From contig JAEOTP010000085.1 of the NCBI GenBank assembly GCA_016839765.1, forward strand, positions 1-37,253: DNA of 37,253 nucleotides, read 5' to 3'. The DNA comes from Promethearchaeota archaeon (lineage in GTDB: Archaea > Asgardarchaeota > Lokiarchaeia > Sigyniarchaeales > SOKP01). Positions 10,122-19,392 of this stretch are shown in pieces. The notes beneath the pieces are model-generated. The model was not told the origin of the DNA and did no database searches. It was given only the letters and a program-made list of their open reading frames with translations. Both the position numbers and the translations under genes were made by a program. Each line of letters starts with the position of its first letter. Position 1 is the stretch's first letter.

Positions 10122-10723
10122 GGTTTAAACCATTCAAAAAAATAATACGATTTAGTCAATGGATTTGCGATAACAAACTTTTTCCTCACTGAGGTTGCCA
10201 ACCTTCCTGCTCTTACCATATCAATAGCAGTTATTTTGGTATCATGAGGTAACACATGTACTATAAAAGGAGAGTGCTCAAGTCCAGGACCTTTTCGATA
10301 TACGACAAAATCAGCCCCAAATTTTAATCCTGGGCGTGGAATATATCCTTTTTCACGTAGATCTTGATATACAATGAATTTTTCCTGAAATTTATAATGT
10401 ATTCGTTTTGCGATATCAAAAAATTCTTCTGTTGTTAAATTTTTCTCCTTTTCTGGGTCAAAAATAGTAATTTTTCCTTTTTGTAATAAATAATATGCTT
10501 CTTCAATAGATAGTTCCGAAGGTTTAGAAAAATATTCCAATCTTGGTTTATTAATTCCAAGGGGAGAACCAAAAAATTTTTGCTTTATATATAGATATGA
10601 TGCATGTAATGGATCAAAAACAATAACTCTTGAATTTATAAACTTGGTAGGTATTTTTTCTGGTAAGCTTTCTTCATTAATATCTTCTAGGGAAATTTGG
10701 TTTTTCTGTTCTTCATTCATCAA
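10118..10723 (-). CDS. endA: tRNA-intron endonuclease, catalytic subunit
   Basis: VYQDLREKGY, GLKFGADFVVY, PGLEHS and RLATSVRKK (Tyr/His/Lys triad). Confidence 0.95.
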   Translation of the reverse strand: MMNEEQKNQISLEDINEESLPEKIPTKFINSRVIVFDPLHASYLYIKQKFFGSPLGINKPRLEYFSKPSELSIEEAYYLLQKGKITIFDPEKEKNLTTEEFFDIAKRIHYKFQEKFIVYQDLREKGYIPRPGLKFGADFVVYRKGPGLEHSPFIVHVLPHDTKITAIDMVRAGRLATSVRKKFVIANPLTKSYYFFEWFKP

Positions 10724-10842
10724 TCTATAATCATTAATTATAGTTTAATAAATCTTTTAATTTTCCAATGAGCAGATGGAATTATATAATTTTCAATATT
10801 AATAATTTTGATAATATAATAAAAAATACTCGTGTTTAAAAA

Positions 10843-11727
10843 ATGGTTATTCGTAAAGCTATTGTGGCCGGTAGTTTTTATCCTCGTTATAAACCGGATT
10901 TACTTAGTATCTTAAAAGAATCTTTTACTGATAATGAGTTTGGTCCTGATGAAGAGCCAAAAACATTAAATCAGGAAAAAAGATCTATTATAGGTGGTGT
11001 TTCTCCGCATGCAGGATATGTTTACTCTGGTTGTTGTGCTGCATTTACATTTTTAAATTTGTTTAAAGAGAAGGTTCCTGATACAGTTATTATTCTCGGT
11101 ACTGATCATGTAGGCTATAATGGTGTTGCTTTAATGGACGAGGGTGAATGGGAAACACCTCTAGGTAATTTAACTATAGATAATGAATTATCAAATAGAA
11201 TATTAGATATTAGTAAGACTATAGTAAAGGATGAATCTGCATTCATTGGTTTTCCATTTGGAAGAGAACATAATATTGAAGTACAATTACCCTTCATAAA
11301 ATATTGTTCTCATGATAAAGATATTAAAATTATTCCAATAAAAGTATCCACCAAAAAATATAGTGTTTTAGAAAATTTAGCAGGAGATATTTCACAAGCA
11401 ATTAAATCATGTGATAAAGATGTTGTAGTTGTTGCTTCATCTGATATGACACACAGAGAAATACATGGTACTGATGAATTAAAAAAATTCAAGGAGGGAG
11501 ATCAAAAAGTTATTGATGCTTTCGTGGAATTAAATCCTTCCAAGACACTTGATGCTGCCTTAAAAACTACCGTATGTGGACCCCAAACAATTACGTCCTT
11601 AATGCTTATTTGTAAAAATTTAAATGCTACTGAGGGTAAATTATTAAAATATTATACAAGTTCTGAAAAAACTGGGAATTACGATGGATATTGCGTTGGA
11701 TATTTTTCTGGGATAATTATTAAATGA
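10843..11727 (+). CDS. MEMO1 family protein (AmmeMemoRadiSam system protein B)
   Basis: 'RKAIVAGSFYP', SPHAGYVYSG, GTDH, WETPLG, EHNIEVQLPF, SSDMTH, CG, VGY. Confidence 0.92.
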   Translation: MVIRKAIVAGSFYPRYKPDLLSILKESFTDNEFGPDEEPKTLNQEKRSIIGGVSPHAGYVYSGCCAAFTFLNLFKEKVPDTVIILGTDHVGYNGVALMDEGEWETPLGNLTIDNELSNRILDISKTIVKDESAFIGFPFGREHNIEVQLPFIKYCSHDKDIKIIPIKVSTKKYSVLENLAGDISQAIKSCDKDVVVVASSDMTHREIHGTDELKKFKEGDQKVIDAFVELNPSKTLDAALKTTVCGPQTITSLMLICKNLNATEGKLLKYYTSSEKTGNYDGYCVGYFSGIIIK

Positions 11728-11770
11728 ATCGAATATTTAATTATAATGATTAAAATACGTATTGAATGTT

Positions 11771-12847
11771 ATGCCCGAAGATAATGAGAAAGTAGATGAT
11801 TTTATTAGTCTCTGGAAGAAAAAAATGACTTCTGAAGATAAAAGTCCATCTGTTATTAGAGATACTTTAAACAAAATGAGTTCATTACAACAAGAAAATG
11901 AAGAACTTAGGAAAAAAATAACTCAAAACATTGATTTAATCAGTAGATCTGAAGAAATAATTAGAAAATCCGTTGAAGAGAAAGAAAAATTTAAATTAGA
12001 AAAAGAAGAAGCTTTATCAGAAGTTAATATCCGTTTAAAAGATCTAGAGCAAGAAAACCTAGAATTAAGCAATAAAGTAAAGAGTATGGTTAAATTATTG
12101 CTCGAAAAAGATGAGGAAATTAAAAATAAAGAAGGCCAACTTTCACGTGTAAAGGGACCTGGTGTCAGTTCAGACTCTATTATTAACCAATCCTTAATTG
12201 ATGATTTAAAATCTGAGATGTCAAGAAAAACCTCTCAGATTTCAGAATTAGAATTAAAAATCTCAGAATTGACTGATGAAAATGAAGTATTACATCAGCA
12301 ATTAGTGGAGAAAATTAAAAATCTTCCTATTGATTATGTTGTACCTGTAGAAGAAATTGAAGTAATAAAACCACAACCACCTGAAACCTCTTCACTACCA
12401 CTTGAACAGCTATGCCAAGATTTGCAAGCAGATTTAAACAAATATAAGAGAGTAATCGAGAAATTAACTAATGATAAATCTCAGCTCAAGCAAGCTTTAG
12501 AAAATAAAGGATATAAATTTGACGCGGAAGATATTGTTTCTTTGAGGACTGAAAATGAGGCTTTGAAAAAAGATTTGGAAGATTTGCAAAAAGCCTTAAA
12601 TAAAGAGATTATAGCAGCTTCACCGGAAAGTAATTTAGGTTTTGAATCTAAGATTAAAGAACTTGAAATTAAATTAAACGAAAAGGAAGATTTGATTACT
12701 CAATTAAAATTATCACAAGCACCGCAAACTATCACAGGTTCTGGACCTATGACTCAATTAGTAGAAGATTTACAAAAAAATATAAATAAATTGAAAGCTT
12801 CACTTAGGGAAAAGGATCAGAAAATAGCAGAACTGCAAAATAAATAA
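11771..12847 (+). CDS. Segmented coiled-coil protein of unknown function
   Basis: Long heptad-rich E/K/L helices broken by Pro/Ser/Gly linkers. ATG at 11771 preferred over TTG at 11762. Confidence 0.75.
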   Translation: MPEDNEKVDDFISLWKKKMTSEDKSPSVIRDTLNKMSSLQQENEELRKKITQNIDLISRSEEIIRKSVEEKEKFKLEKEEALSEVNIRLKDLEQENLELSNKVKSMVKLLLEKDEEIKNKEGQLSRVKGPGVSSDSIINQSLIDDLKSEMSRKTSQISELELKISELTDENEVLHQQLVEKIKNLPIDYVVPVEEIEVIKPQPPETSSLPLEQLCQDLQADLNKYKRVIEKLTNDKSQLKQALENKGYKFDAEDIVSLRTENEALKKDLEDLQKALNKEIIAASPESNLGFESKIKELEIKLNEKEDLITQLKLSQAPQTITGSGPMTQLVEDLQKNINKLKASLREKDQKIAELQNK

Positions 12848-12968
12848 ATCCTCAGAGAACTTTTTTTAACGAAAATTTTATTCTCCTATTTTTAGATTTT
12901 ATATTAGGAATATTTTATGATTTCTTTTCAAAAATTTTTTCAATAATAAGAAATTAAAATTAGAAAAG

Positions 12969-13949
12969 ATGAGTAGTCAAAAAAACAAGGATTTATCATT
13001 CCTTTTTATTGGACATTTGGCCATTGATTCAATAATTAGGTTTAAAAAATTAAGAAAGCCAACTTTAGGCGGAAGTGTTTCTTTTGGTTCTTTAGCGCTA
13101 AGAAAATATTGTCAAAATGAGAATATTAGTATTGTATCTAATTTAGGTAAATTGAATTTTAATATGTCCTTGTTGAGATCACTCGAAAAATATAATATAG
13201 ATTTAAGAGGAATAAAATGGTTTGACAGTAATAATACGAATTTTGTATTGGACTACATTAATCATTCTAGAACTTTAACTCTTAAAGCAAAAAGTCCTAA
13301 TCTTAGGTTTGATGACTTTCCTGAGGAATATATAAATAATCAACCTGATGTAATCGTTTTAGTTCCTTTATGCAATGAAATCTCATATTATTATGTTTCT
13401 GAAATTTTAAATACATTCCCAGATGTTTTTATCGGCATAGATTTACAAGGCTTTATCAGAAATATTAATAGTAATGGTATAGTCTCATATATCTGGGACG
13501 AAAATTTAATTAAAAATATGAATAAAATTATTAATTTAATTGGAGATCGGTTAATATTAAAAGGTTCGGAAATTGAGATGAAACTATTATCTGGTTATGA
13601 AGATTTAGATGCGGTTATGAATCATTTTAATATTTTTGATAATAATGGAATTTATATTATGACTCTTGGTGAAGCTGGCTCAATGATTATAAGAAAAGGG
13701 CAAGAAATGTTAAGAATTCCAGCATTTAAAGCTAAAAAAGTTATCGATGAAACTGGGGCTGGAGATGTATATTTAGCAATTTTTTTATACGAATTTCTTA
13801 ATTCGGATATGTCATGGATGGATATAAAAAATTCTGCTTATTTAGCATCTGCTGCCGCCTCTTTTTTAGTCGAAAGAAAAGGGCCCGATGGATTTAAATG
13901 CAAAACAAAAGTACTACAAAGAGTAAAACAAAAGAATTATATCAATTAA
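12969..13949 (+). CDS. PfkB/ribokinase-family carbohydrate kinase
   Basis: N-terminal 'IGHLAID...LGGS', 'IDLQG', 'TLGEAGS' and signature 'DETGAGDVY'. Confidence 0.92.
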   Translation: MSSQKNKDLSFLFIGHLAIDSIIRFKKLRKPTLGGSVSFGSLALRKYCQNENISIVSNLGKLNFNMSLLRSLEKYNIDLRGIKWFDSNNTNFVLDYINHSRTLTLKAKSPNLRFDDFPEEYINNQPDVIVLVPLCNEISYYYVSEILNTFPDVFIGIDLQGFIRNINSNGIVSYIWDENLIKNMNKIINLIGDRLILKGSEIEMKLLSGYEDLDAVMNHFNIFDNNGIYIMTLGEAGSMIIRKGQEMLRIPAFKAKKVIDETGAGDVYLAIFLYEFLNSDMSWMDIKNSAYLASAAASFLVERKGPDGFKCKTKVLQRVKQKNYIN

Positions 13950-13960
13950 GGTGATTTTCA

Positions 13961-14551
13961 ATACATATTAATTCTCATTTTGCCACAGGGGTGATTTTCA
14001 CTTCAATATTACACTACTTTTTTAATTTTAATTTATTTGAATTCTTATTAATAGTAATTTCCTCTTTCATTAGTGATTTTGATGTATTTTTCTCTAAGTA
14101 TGCTAAAGATCATAACCATCGAATGTTGATTTCTCATTCAATTATCCCTAGCATTCTTATAGTTTTACTAGGTATTATTTTTAATTGGTTAGCATTAATT
14201 TTCAGTGGAGTAGCATATTTTATCCACATAATAATAGATACTTTAGACTGGGGTACAAATTTTTTTTATTTTTCAAAAAAACAAATTGGTTTTAAATTTC
14301 TAATTACAAAAGAAGAATTTAATAATATCTCTAAGTATTTAGAGAATTATAGGAAACCTGAGTCATTTTTTGATAGAAAATATTACAATAATAAAATTTG
14401 TTTGAGCATTGAAATTTTATTATTTATACTTATGCTAATTTTTATTATTCTTTTCGCTTTTCAATACGTTTTGGTTACTTTGATTTATTTTCCATTTTTA
14501 TTCTTTCATTTACAACGTCATTATTATTTAAAAAAATTTGAATTAAAATAA
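13961..14551 (+). CDS. Membrane-bound metal-dependent hydrolase (YdjM-like); probable ATA start
   Basis: 'SDFD', 'HRMLISHS' and 'HIIIDTLD' motifs. The N-terminal 'HINSHFATG' motif lies upstream of the tracked GTG at 13991; SD AGGTGA at 13949-13954. Confidence 0.8.
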   Translation: MHINSHFATGVIFTSILHYFFNFNLFEFLLIVISSFISDFDVFFSKYAKDHNHRMLISHSIIPSILIVLLGIIFNWLALIFSGVAYFIHIIIDTLDWGTNFFYFSKKQIGFKFLITKEEFNNISKYLENYRKPESFFDRKYYNNKICLSIEILLFILMLIFIILFAFQYVLVTLIYFPFLFFHLQRHYYLKKFELK

Positions 14552-14680
14552 TTATAGGCTTTAATTTCTTGTTAAAAGAATTATATAATCCAAACTAATA
14601 ACCTAAATGGAAAAACTTTAAGAATCCCCCACTGAAATTAAGATTATAGTCAAAAGTGCTAAATAAAATGAGTGAAAAAT

Positions 14681-15118
14681 ATGTCCGAAGTCATAAAAAC
14701 TAAAGTGGGACTCTCTTTAGAGGAGAAAATGGTATTTAAATGTGAACTTGGAGAAATGAAAGTAAAGGATTGCTATATTGATGAAACTCATAAAGAAGAA
14801 GTAGACATGCTGGGGCCTAATCCATCTAGGATGTTGGCAATGGCAGTTTTGGGATGTTTAAGCGCAAGTTTTATTTTCTGTCTTAAAAAAAGGGAATTTA
14901 ATCTAGAAGATTTAAAAGCAGAAGCAGAAGTAACCATCGCACGGAACGAAAAGGGATTTTGGAGAGTAAAAAAAATAGATGTAGATATTAATGCAAAAAT
15001 AGATGATCCTAATGTTAAAAAAAGAGCTGATCAATGTAAGAAAATGTTTGAACAATATTGCATCGTTACTCAAGCTGTTAGAGAAGGCATTGACGTAGAA
15101 GTAAACCTTAATTATTAA
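14681..15118 (+). CDS. OsmC/Ohr family protein
   Basis: 'GPNPSRML..AVLGCL' and 'CIVTQAV' with the two conserved Cys. Confidence 0.9.
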   Translation: MSEVIKTKVGLSLEEKMVFKCELGEMKVKDCYIDETHKEEVDMLGPNPSRMLAMAVLGCLSASFIFCLKKREFNLEDLKAEAEVTIARNEKGFWRVKKIDVDINAKIDDPNVKKRADQCKKMFEQYCIVTQAVREGIDVEVNLNY

Positions 15119-15147
15119 TTTTTTTCAATTTATTTCTATTCTTTATT

Positions 15148-15873
15148 CTAAAAGTCCATTGTTTTTCCAACAATGCCTATTTGACATTTCTTTTTGAATT
15201 GTTCTTGAAATAATTTAATATTTTCAGTACAATGAAATAATGTAATGGTTTTTATTATTGGGTTTAAATCATTCGCCTTTTGAGGTGAAAACTTAAAAGA
15301 ATGCATACCTCCAATAATATGTAATGGTTTATCTAATGGAATTTTAAGGATCTGACGGTCATTTAGAAATTTATTTAACCCAGGATGGCAACAACCACAA
15401 ATTAGTATAACTGAGTTATCTGATTGAATATAACTGGCATGTTCATGAATACCTCCATAATCTGAGGAGAGATAGGAATTAGTTAAAAACAAGCCATCTA
15501 TGAACTCCACACATTCCCGGGCATTTTGAATTCTTACGATGTTTTTTTGAGGAATTGGAATCCCCTTATAATTAACAGGAACATTCCAGTATCTATGAAC
15601 ATATACAGGAACATCATTGTTTTCTTGTAAAATACCTGGCAAACCATCGGTGTGATCAAAATGGTTATGACTTAGAATAACTAAATCAATAGATGAGGGT
15701 TTTACCCCGTATTTTTCAAGGTTGAATATAAGAGGAGCTATATTACTACCTGAATCAAATAATATTATCTTATTATTGATCTCTATTAACGCAGCAAAAC
15801 CATATGATAAGATATACCCCTCTTTTGCTCCGTTTAAATCATCAATTATAACAGTTATTTTAACTCTGCCCAT
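15148..15873 (-). CDS. Metallo-beta-lactamase fold hydrolase (MJ0301/DHPS-like subgroup)
   Basis: LFDSG, SHNHFDHTDG, GCCHPG, IIGGMH and HCT motifs. Confidence 0.88.
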   Translation of the reverse strand: MGRVKITVIIDDLNGAKEGYILSYGFAALIEINNKIILFDSGSNIAPLIFNLEKYGVKPSSIDLVILSHNHFDHTDGLPGILQENNDVPVYVHRYWNVPVNYKGIPIPQKNIVRIQNARECVEFIDGLFLTNSYLSSDYGGIHEHASYIQSDNSVILICGCCHPGLNKFLNDRQILKIPLDKPLHIIGGMHSFKFSPQKANDLNPIIKTITLFHCTENIKLFQEQFKKKCQIGIVGKTMDF

Positions 15874-15900
15874 TTTGAAAGATGGATTTTTTAATTAGAT

Positions 15901-16899
15901 TCAATCTTGGATACCATCTTCAGTAATAGAAAATACAGCATCTTCTTCTGGTAAATGTGGGGCATCAACAACTTTAGCAACTCTTTGTTCCCCCTTTCCT
16001 TTTCTTAACCGTATTCTAATTGTTGCCCCATGAGCTATTATATTCCCTCCAGTTGCTCGAAGTGGATCACCGTAAAATACATCAGGTCTTGCAGAAACTT
16101 GATTTGTAAATAATATAGCTAACTCATCAAATGTTTCTGTTAATCTTAAAAGATCATGAATATGAGTGTTTAAAATTTGTTGTCGGGTAGCTAGAGTACC
16201 TCTCCCAACATATTCGCTCCGAAAGTGTCCTATTATTGAATCAACAATAAGTAGTTTTATATTTTTTTCTTCTATTATTTTTGCAGATTCTTTGACTAAG
16301 AGTACTTGATGATCACTGTTATAAGCCCTTCCATAGGTTATATTACGTAGGATTTTATTATAATCTAGATCCCTTGAAGATGCCATTTGTATAATTCTTT
16401 CTGGTCTAAAAGTCCCCTCAGAGTCAATATATAAAGCTCCTCCCTCAAGACCTCCCTCTTCATAAGCCAATTGGACATTAACACACAATTGATGCGCTAT
16501 CTGCGTTTTTCCTGTTCGATACTCACCATAAAGCTCAGTAACAGATCCAGTTTCTATACCTCCACCTAATAGATCATCTAAATTTGGACTACCTGTTGTC
16601 AACTTTTTTAAAATCTTCCTTTTTTCCCAAATAATATCTGCAGATTTAAATCCCATTTTTTCAATTTCTTGAGCAGATTTAATAATTTTTTGAGCTGTTT
16701 TTTCTCCAATTCCTGCTTCTTCAACTAGTTTTGAAAGGGGATATATTGCTAAAGTTCTAATAGATATAATTCCCGCTTCTTTAAGTTTCTTTAACGTAGC
16801 ATCTCCAACTCCAGGTAAATCAGTTAGATCGTACTTTACTTTAGGTTGACTAGCATCATCCTGGGATTCGTCATTTGGCTGAACTTCTTTTTTAGCCAT
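15901..16899 (-). CDS. radA: DNA repair and recombination protein RadA
   Basis: N-terminal HhH 'LPGVG', GFKSA polymerisation motif, GEYRTGKTQ, IDSEGTFRPER, TNQV, DAPHLPE. Confidence 0.98.
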   Translation of the reverse strand: MAKKEVQPNDESQDDASQPKVKYDLTDLPGVGDATLKKLKEAGIISIRTLAIYPLSKLVEEAGIGEKTAQKIIKSAQEIEKMGFKSADIIWEKRKILKKLTTGSPNLDDLLGGGIETGSVTELYGEYRTGKTQIAHQLCVNVQLAYEEGGLEGGALYIDSEGTFRPERIIQMASSRDLDYNKILRNITYGRAYNSDHQVLLVKESAKIIEEKNIKLLIVDSIIGHFRSEYVGRGTLATRQQILNTHIHDLLRLTETFDELAILFTNQVSARPDVFYGDPLRATGGNIIAHGATIRIRLRKGKGEQRVAKVVDAPHLPEEDAVFSITEDGIQD

Positions 16900-17012
16900 G
16901 ATTGAAACTTCCTCTAATAATTTTTACAAATTAATTGCAATTTCGTTAATTTATTATGAATAATATATAAAAATAATAATAAAATATTAATTAAAGAATA
17001 AAAAATTAAGAG

Positions 17013-17720
17013 TTATTTTTTCTTTTGTGGAGTTGTTTTTAGTTGAACTTCCTTACCACTTCTAGTTATTAATAATAAAACAATAAATAAGATAACTGAA
17101 AATAAGAATGTTAAGACAGCCATTGCATCCGGTAGCCATATATAGCTTAAATACAGAAATGGCATAATAAATAAAGCTATAATTATAATAAAAACGGGTA
17201 TAGGAACTTCTTCTCCCTTCAAATCTATTAAAAGTGGAAGGATTATTAAGCCAACACTTATAGTTGCTGCCATTCTAAAACCCATTAAAATTCCTAAGTC
17301 AACCCATAATTCAAGTGTAAAAGTATCTGTGTATATATCTGGCATAAAGGCAAACCAATAAGTTCTAGTATTTTCTTGCATTGTAGGAATTGAAGATGGT
17401 AAAATGCCTGCGAGAATAATTTGGACAATAATGGCTAACACAAAATAGAGGATAATCTCGTTAATCTCTTTCTTTTCAGAAGCCACTCCATATAAATCAC
17501 GAGCCAAACAGATATCCCATAGAATAAATAATACTAAATATACCCCAAGAACATCAAATCCATAACCCCAGAGAACATTTGTAGGCAGAAGAGCCATAAC
17601 ATAAGCTAAATATCCGTATTTCTCATTTCTTTTAAATATATCAAATACTAAAAACACTCCAAATATTACAAAAAATGTTACTAAAAATACTATAGCCTCA
17701 GTAGTAGGTGTAAATGCCAT
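17013..17720 (-). CDS. Integral membrane protein of unknown function (~7 TM)
   Basis: Multiple hydrophobic helices; co-oriented between the PGM-like gene and radA. Confidence 0.75.
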   Translation of the reverse strand: MAFTPTTEAIVFLVTFFVIFGVFLVFDIFKRNEKYGYLAYVMALLPTNVLWGYGFDVLGVYLVLFILWDICLARDLYGVASEKKEINEIILYFVLAIIVQIILAGILPSSIPTMQENTRTYWFAFMPDIYTDTFTLELWVDLGILMGFRMAATISVGLIILPLLIDLKGEEVPIPVFIIIIALFIMPFLYLSYIWLPDAMAVLTFLFSVILFIVLLLITRSGKEVQLKTTPQKKK

Positions 17721-17805
17721 GTTGAATATTCCCTTTTATGTTAAATTTTAATTCTATTATTATTAATATAAAATCCTATATTTTAAATCTTTAATAGGTT
17801 GGTTT

Positions 17806-19200
17806 TTATTTTTCATATAATAATTCTAATTCTGAAATAATTTTTGATAATTCTTCTACCATTTTTTTAGAATTTTTTATATTCTCTGATTCTGCTGAAA
17901 GAAGGATAGCATTTCTGTTTAAAGCTACTTTAATATTAGTATAAACGCCATCTCCAATAATTTTCAATTCATTTATTATATCTTGGTAAGTAAAACCATG
18001 TTCCTCGGCAAATTCAATTAATTTATTATGGATATTTTCAATCACTTCTGCAGAAGCAGGTAATGTCTTATTTACTTTTATACCTTTTGGAAAGCCTCTA
18101 GTTAATGAACTAACAAGGTCTTTTTGTGCTGTCATTATTTCAAGAATCTTCAATAGGATGAAATTTCCATCACTGAAGGGACTATATTGGGGGAAGTAAA
18201 ATTTGAAGGTATCAGCAGCTGCAAAACATGCTCGTTCTTCCCTTATTTGCCTTGAAATCTCGCCAGGATAGTTTTCAACCAATTTTATCGGAAATCCAGA
18301 TTCTTGGATAAAATCTTTTACAACTAGAGAAATCGAAGGAGTTGTAATTATTGTACTAGATTTAGATTTTTGAATCCGCTCATCATAAGAAACAAATAGC
18401 ATTAATAAATCCTCATAGCTTATTTCCAAACCATTCTCATCTAAAATCAATATTCGTGAGCCATCAACATCAAATAAAACCCCCAAATGACTATTTGAAG
18501 CTTTTACAATATTTGCTGTATTTCTAATGGTGTTTATACTAGGGACAGGAGTTTGTGATCTCTGTCGGTAGTGCGTATTTAAAGCAATAACTTCAACGCC
18601 TATATCATTTACTAGAATAGGAGTAATTTTTCCAGTCGGTCCATATGAACAATCCATTACAATTTTAAGATTTGCTTCAGTAATTGTTTTTTTATCTACA
18701 AATTGTTCTAAAGACTTTATATATACATCCTGGGTTTGAGGTATAGCGTTTATTAGTCCAATCTTACTAGGTTCGACGCGTCTAACTTTTTCGGGGTAAA
18801 TATTATAGGATTGTATTATTTTTTCAATTTCAGCTGGTGCAAACTCTATTCCTCCTGCATCAACAAATCTAATACCTACATCTTCACTATACAAATGTCC
18901 ACCAGAGAAATAGGTGCCTCCACTGGCTCCAAATCTTCTTATTGTAAATTGCAATAGAGGATAAGTACAGTCAGATAAGTTTAATATATTAACTCCAGTG
19001 CTCATAAGACCAGAAGTGTAAGCCCTCTTCAGCATACGACTATCGTTATGATAATCCCTCCCAATTACAACAGTTTCATTTTCATTGAATATACTTCCAT
19101 GAATGGAACCAATTGAGCTTGAAACCTCTGGAGTAAAGATATAATTAGCGCGTCCGACTATTCGACCGCCTTTATTCAATGTTTCTAAGTTTTGAACCAT
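17806..19200 (-). CDS. Phosphoglucomutase/phosphomannomutase-family protein with degenerate active site
   Basis: 'VVIGRD...SRMLK', 'VMDCSYGP' and 'DVDGSR' identify the family; the canonical TASHNP is replaced by SGGHLY. Confidence 0.85.
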   Translation of the reverse strand: MVQNLETLNKGGRIVGRANYIFTPEVSSSIGSIHGSIFNENETVVIGRDYHNDSRMLKRAYTSGLMSTGVNILNLSDCTYPLLQFTIRRFGASGGTYFSGGHLYSEDVGIRFVDAGGIEFAPAEIEKIIQSYNIYPEKVRRVEPSKIGLINAIPQTQDVYIKSLEQFVDKKTITEANLKIVMDCSYGPTGKITPILVNDIGVEVIALNTHYRQRSQTPVPSINTIRNTANIVKASNSHLGVLFDVDGSRILILDENGLEISYEDLLMLFVSYDERIQKSKSSTIITTPSISLVVKDFIQESGFPIKLVENYPGEISRQIREERACFAAADTFKFYFPQYSPFSDGNFILLKILEIMTAQKDLVSSLTRGFPKGIKVNKTLPASAEVIENIHNKLIEFAEEHGFTYQDIINELKIIGDGVYTNIKVALNRNAILLSAESENIKNSKKMVEELSKIISELELLYEK

Positions 19201-19392
19201 TTAAATCATTTAGAATCTGAATTATTTAAAAAAATGCAGTTGGAAATTATAAGTAATATAGCTAAATTTGAATTTATAATCTTAACTGTTTTAAAAAATT
19301 GAAAAGAATTATTTGCGATAAAATATTAAAAAAGTTATCAATCTATTGTTCTAAACTGTTAGATTTTAATTATTATTCGAAAGTAAGTAATC

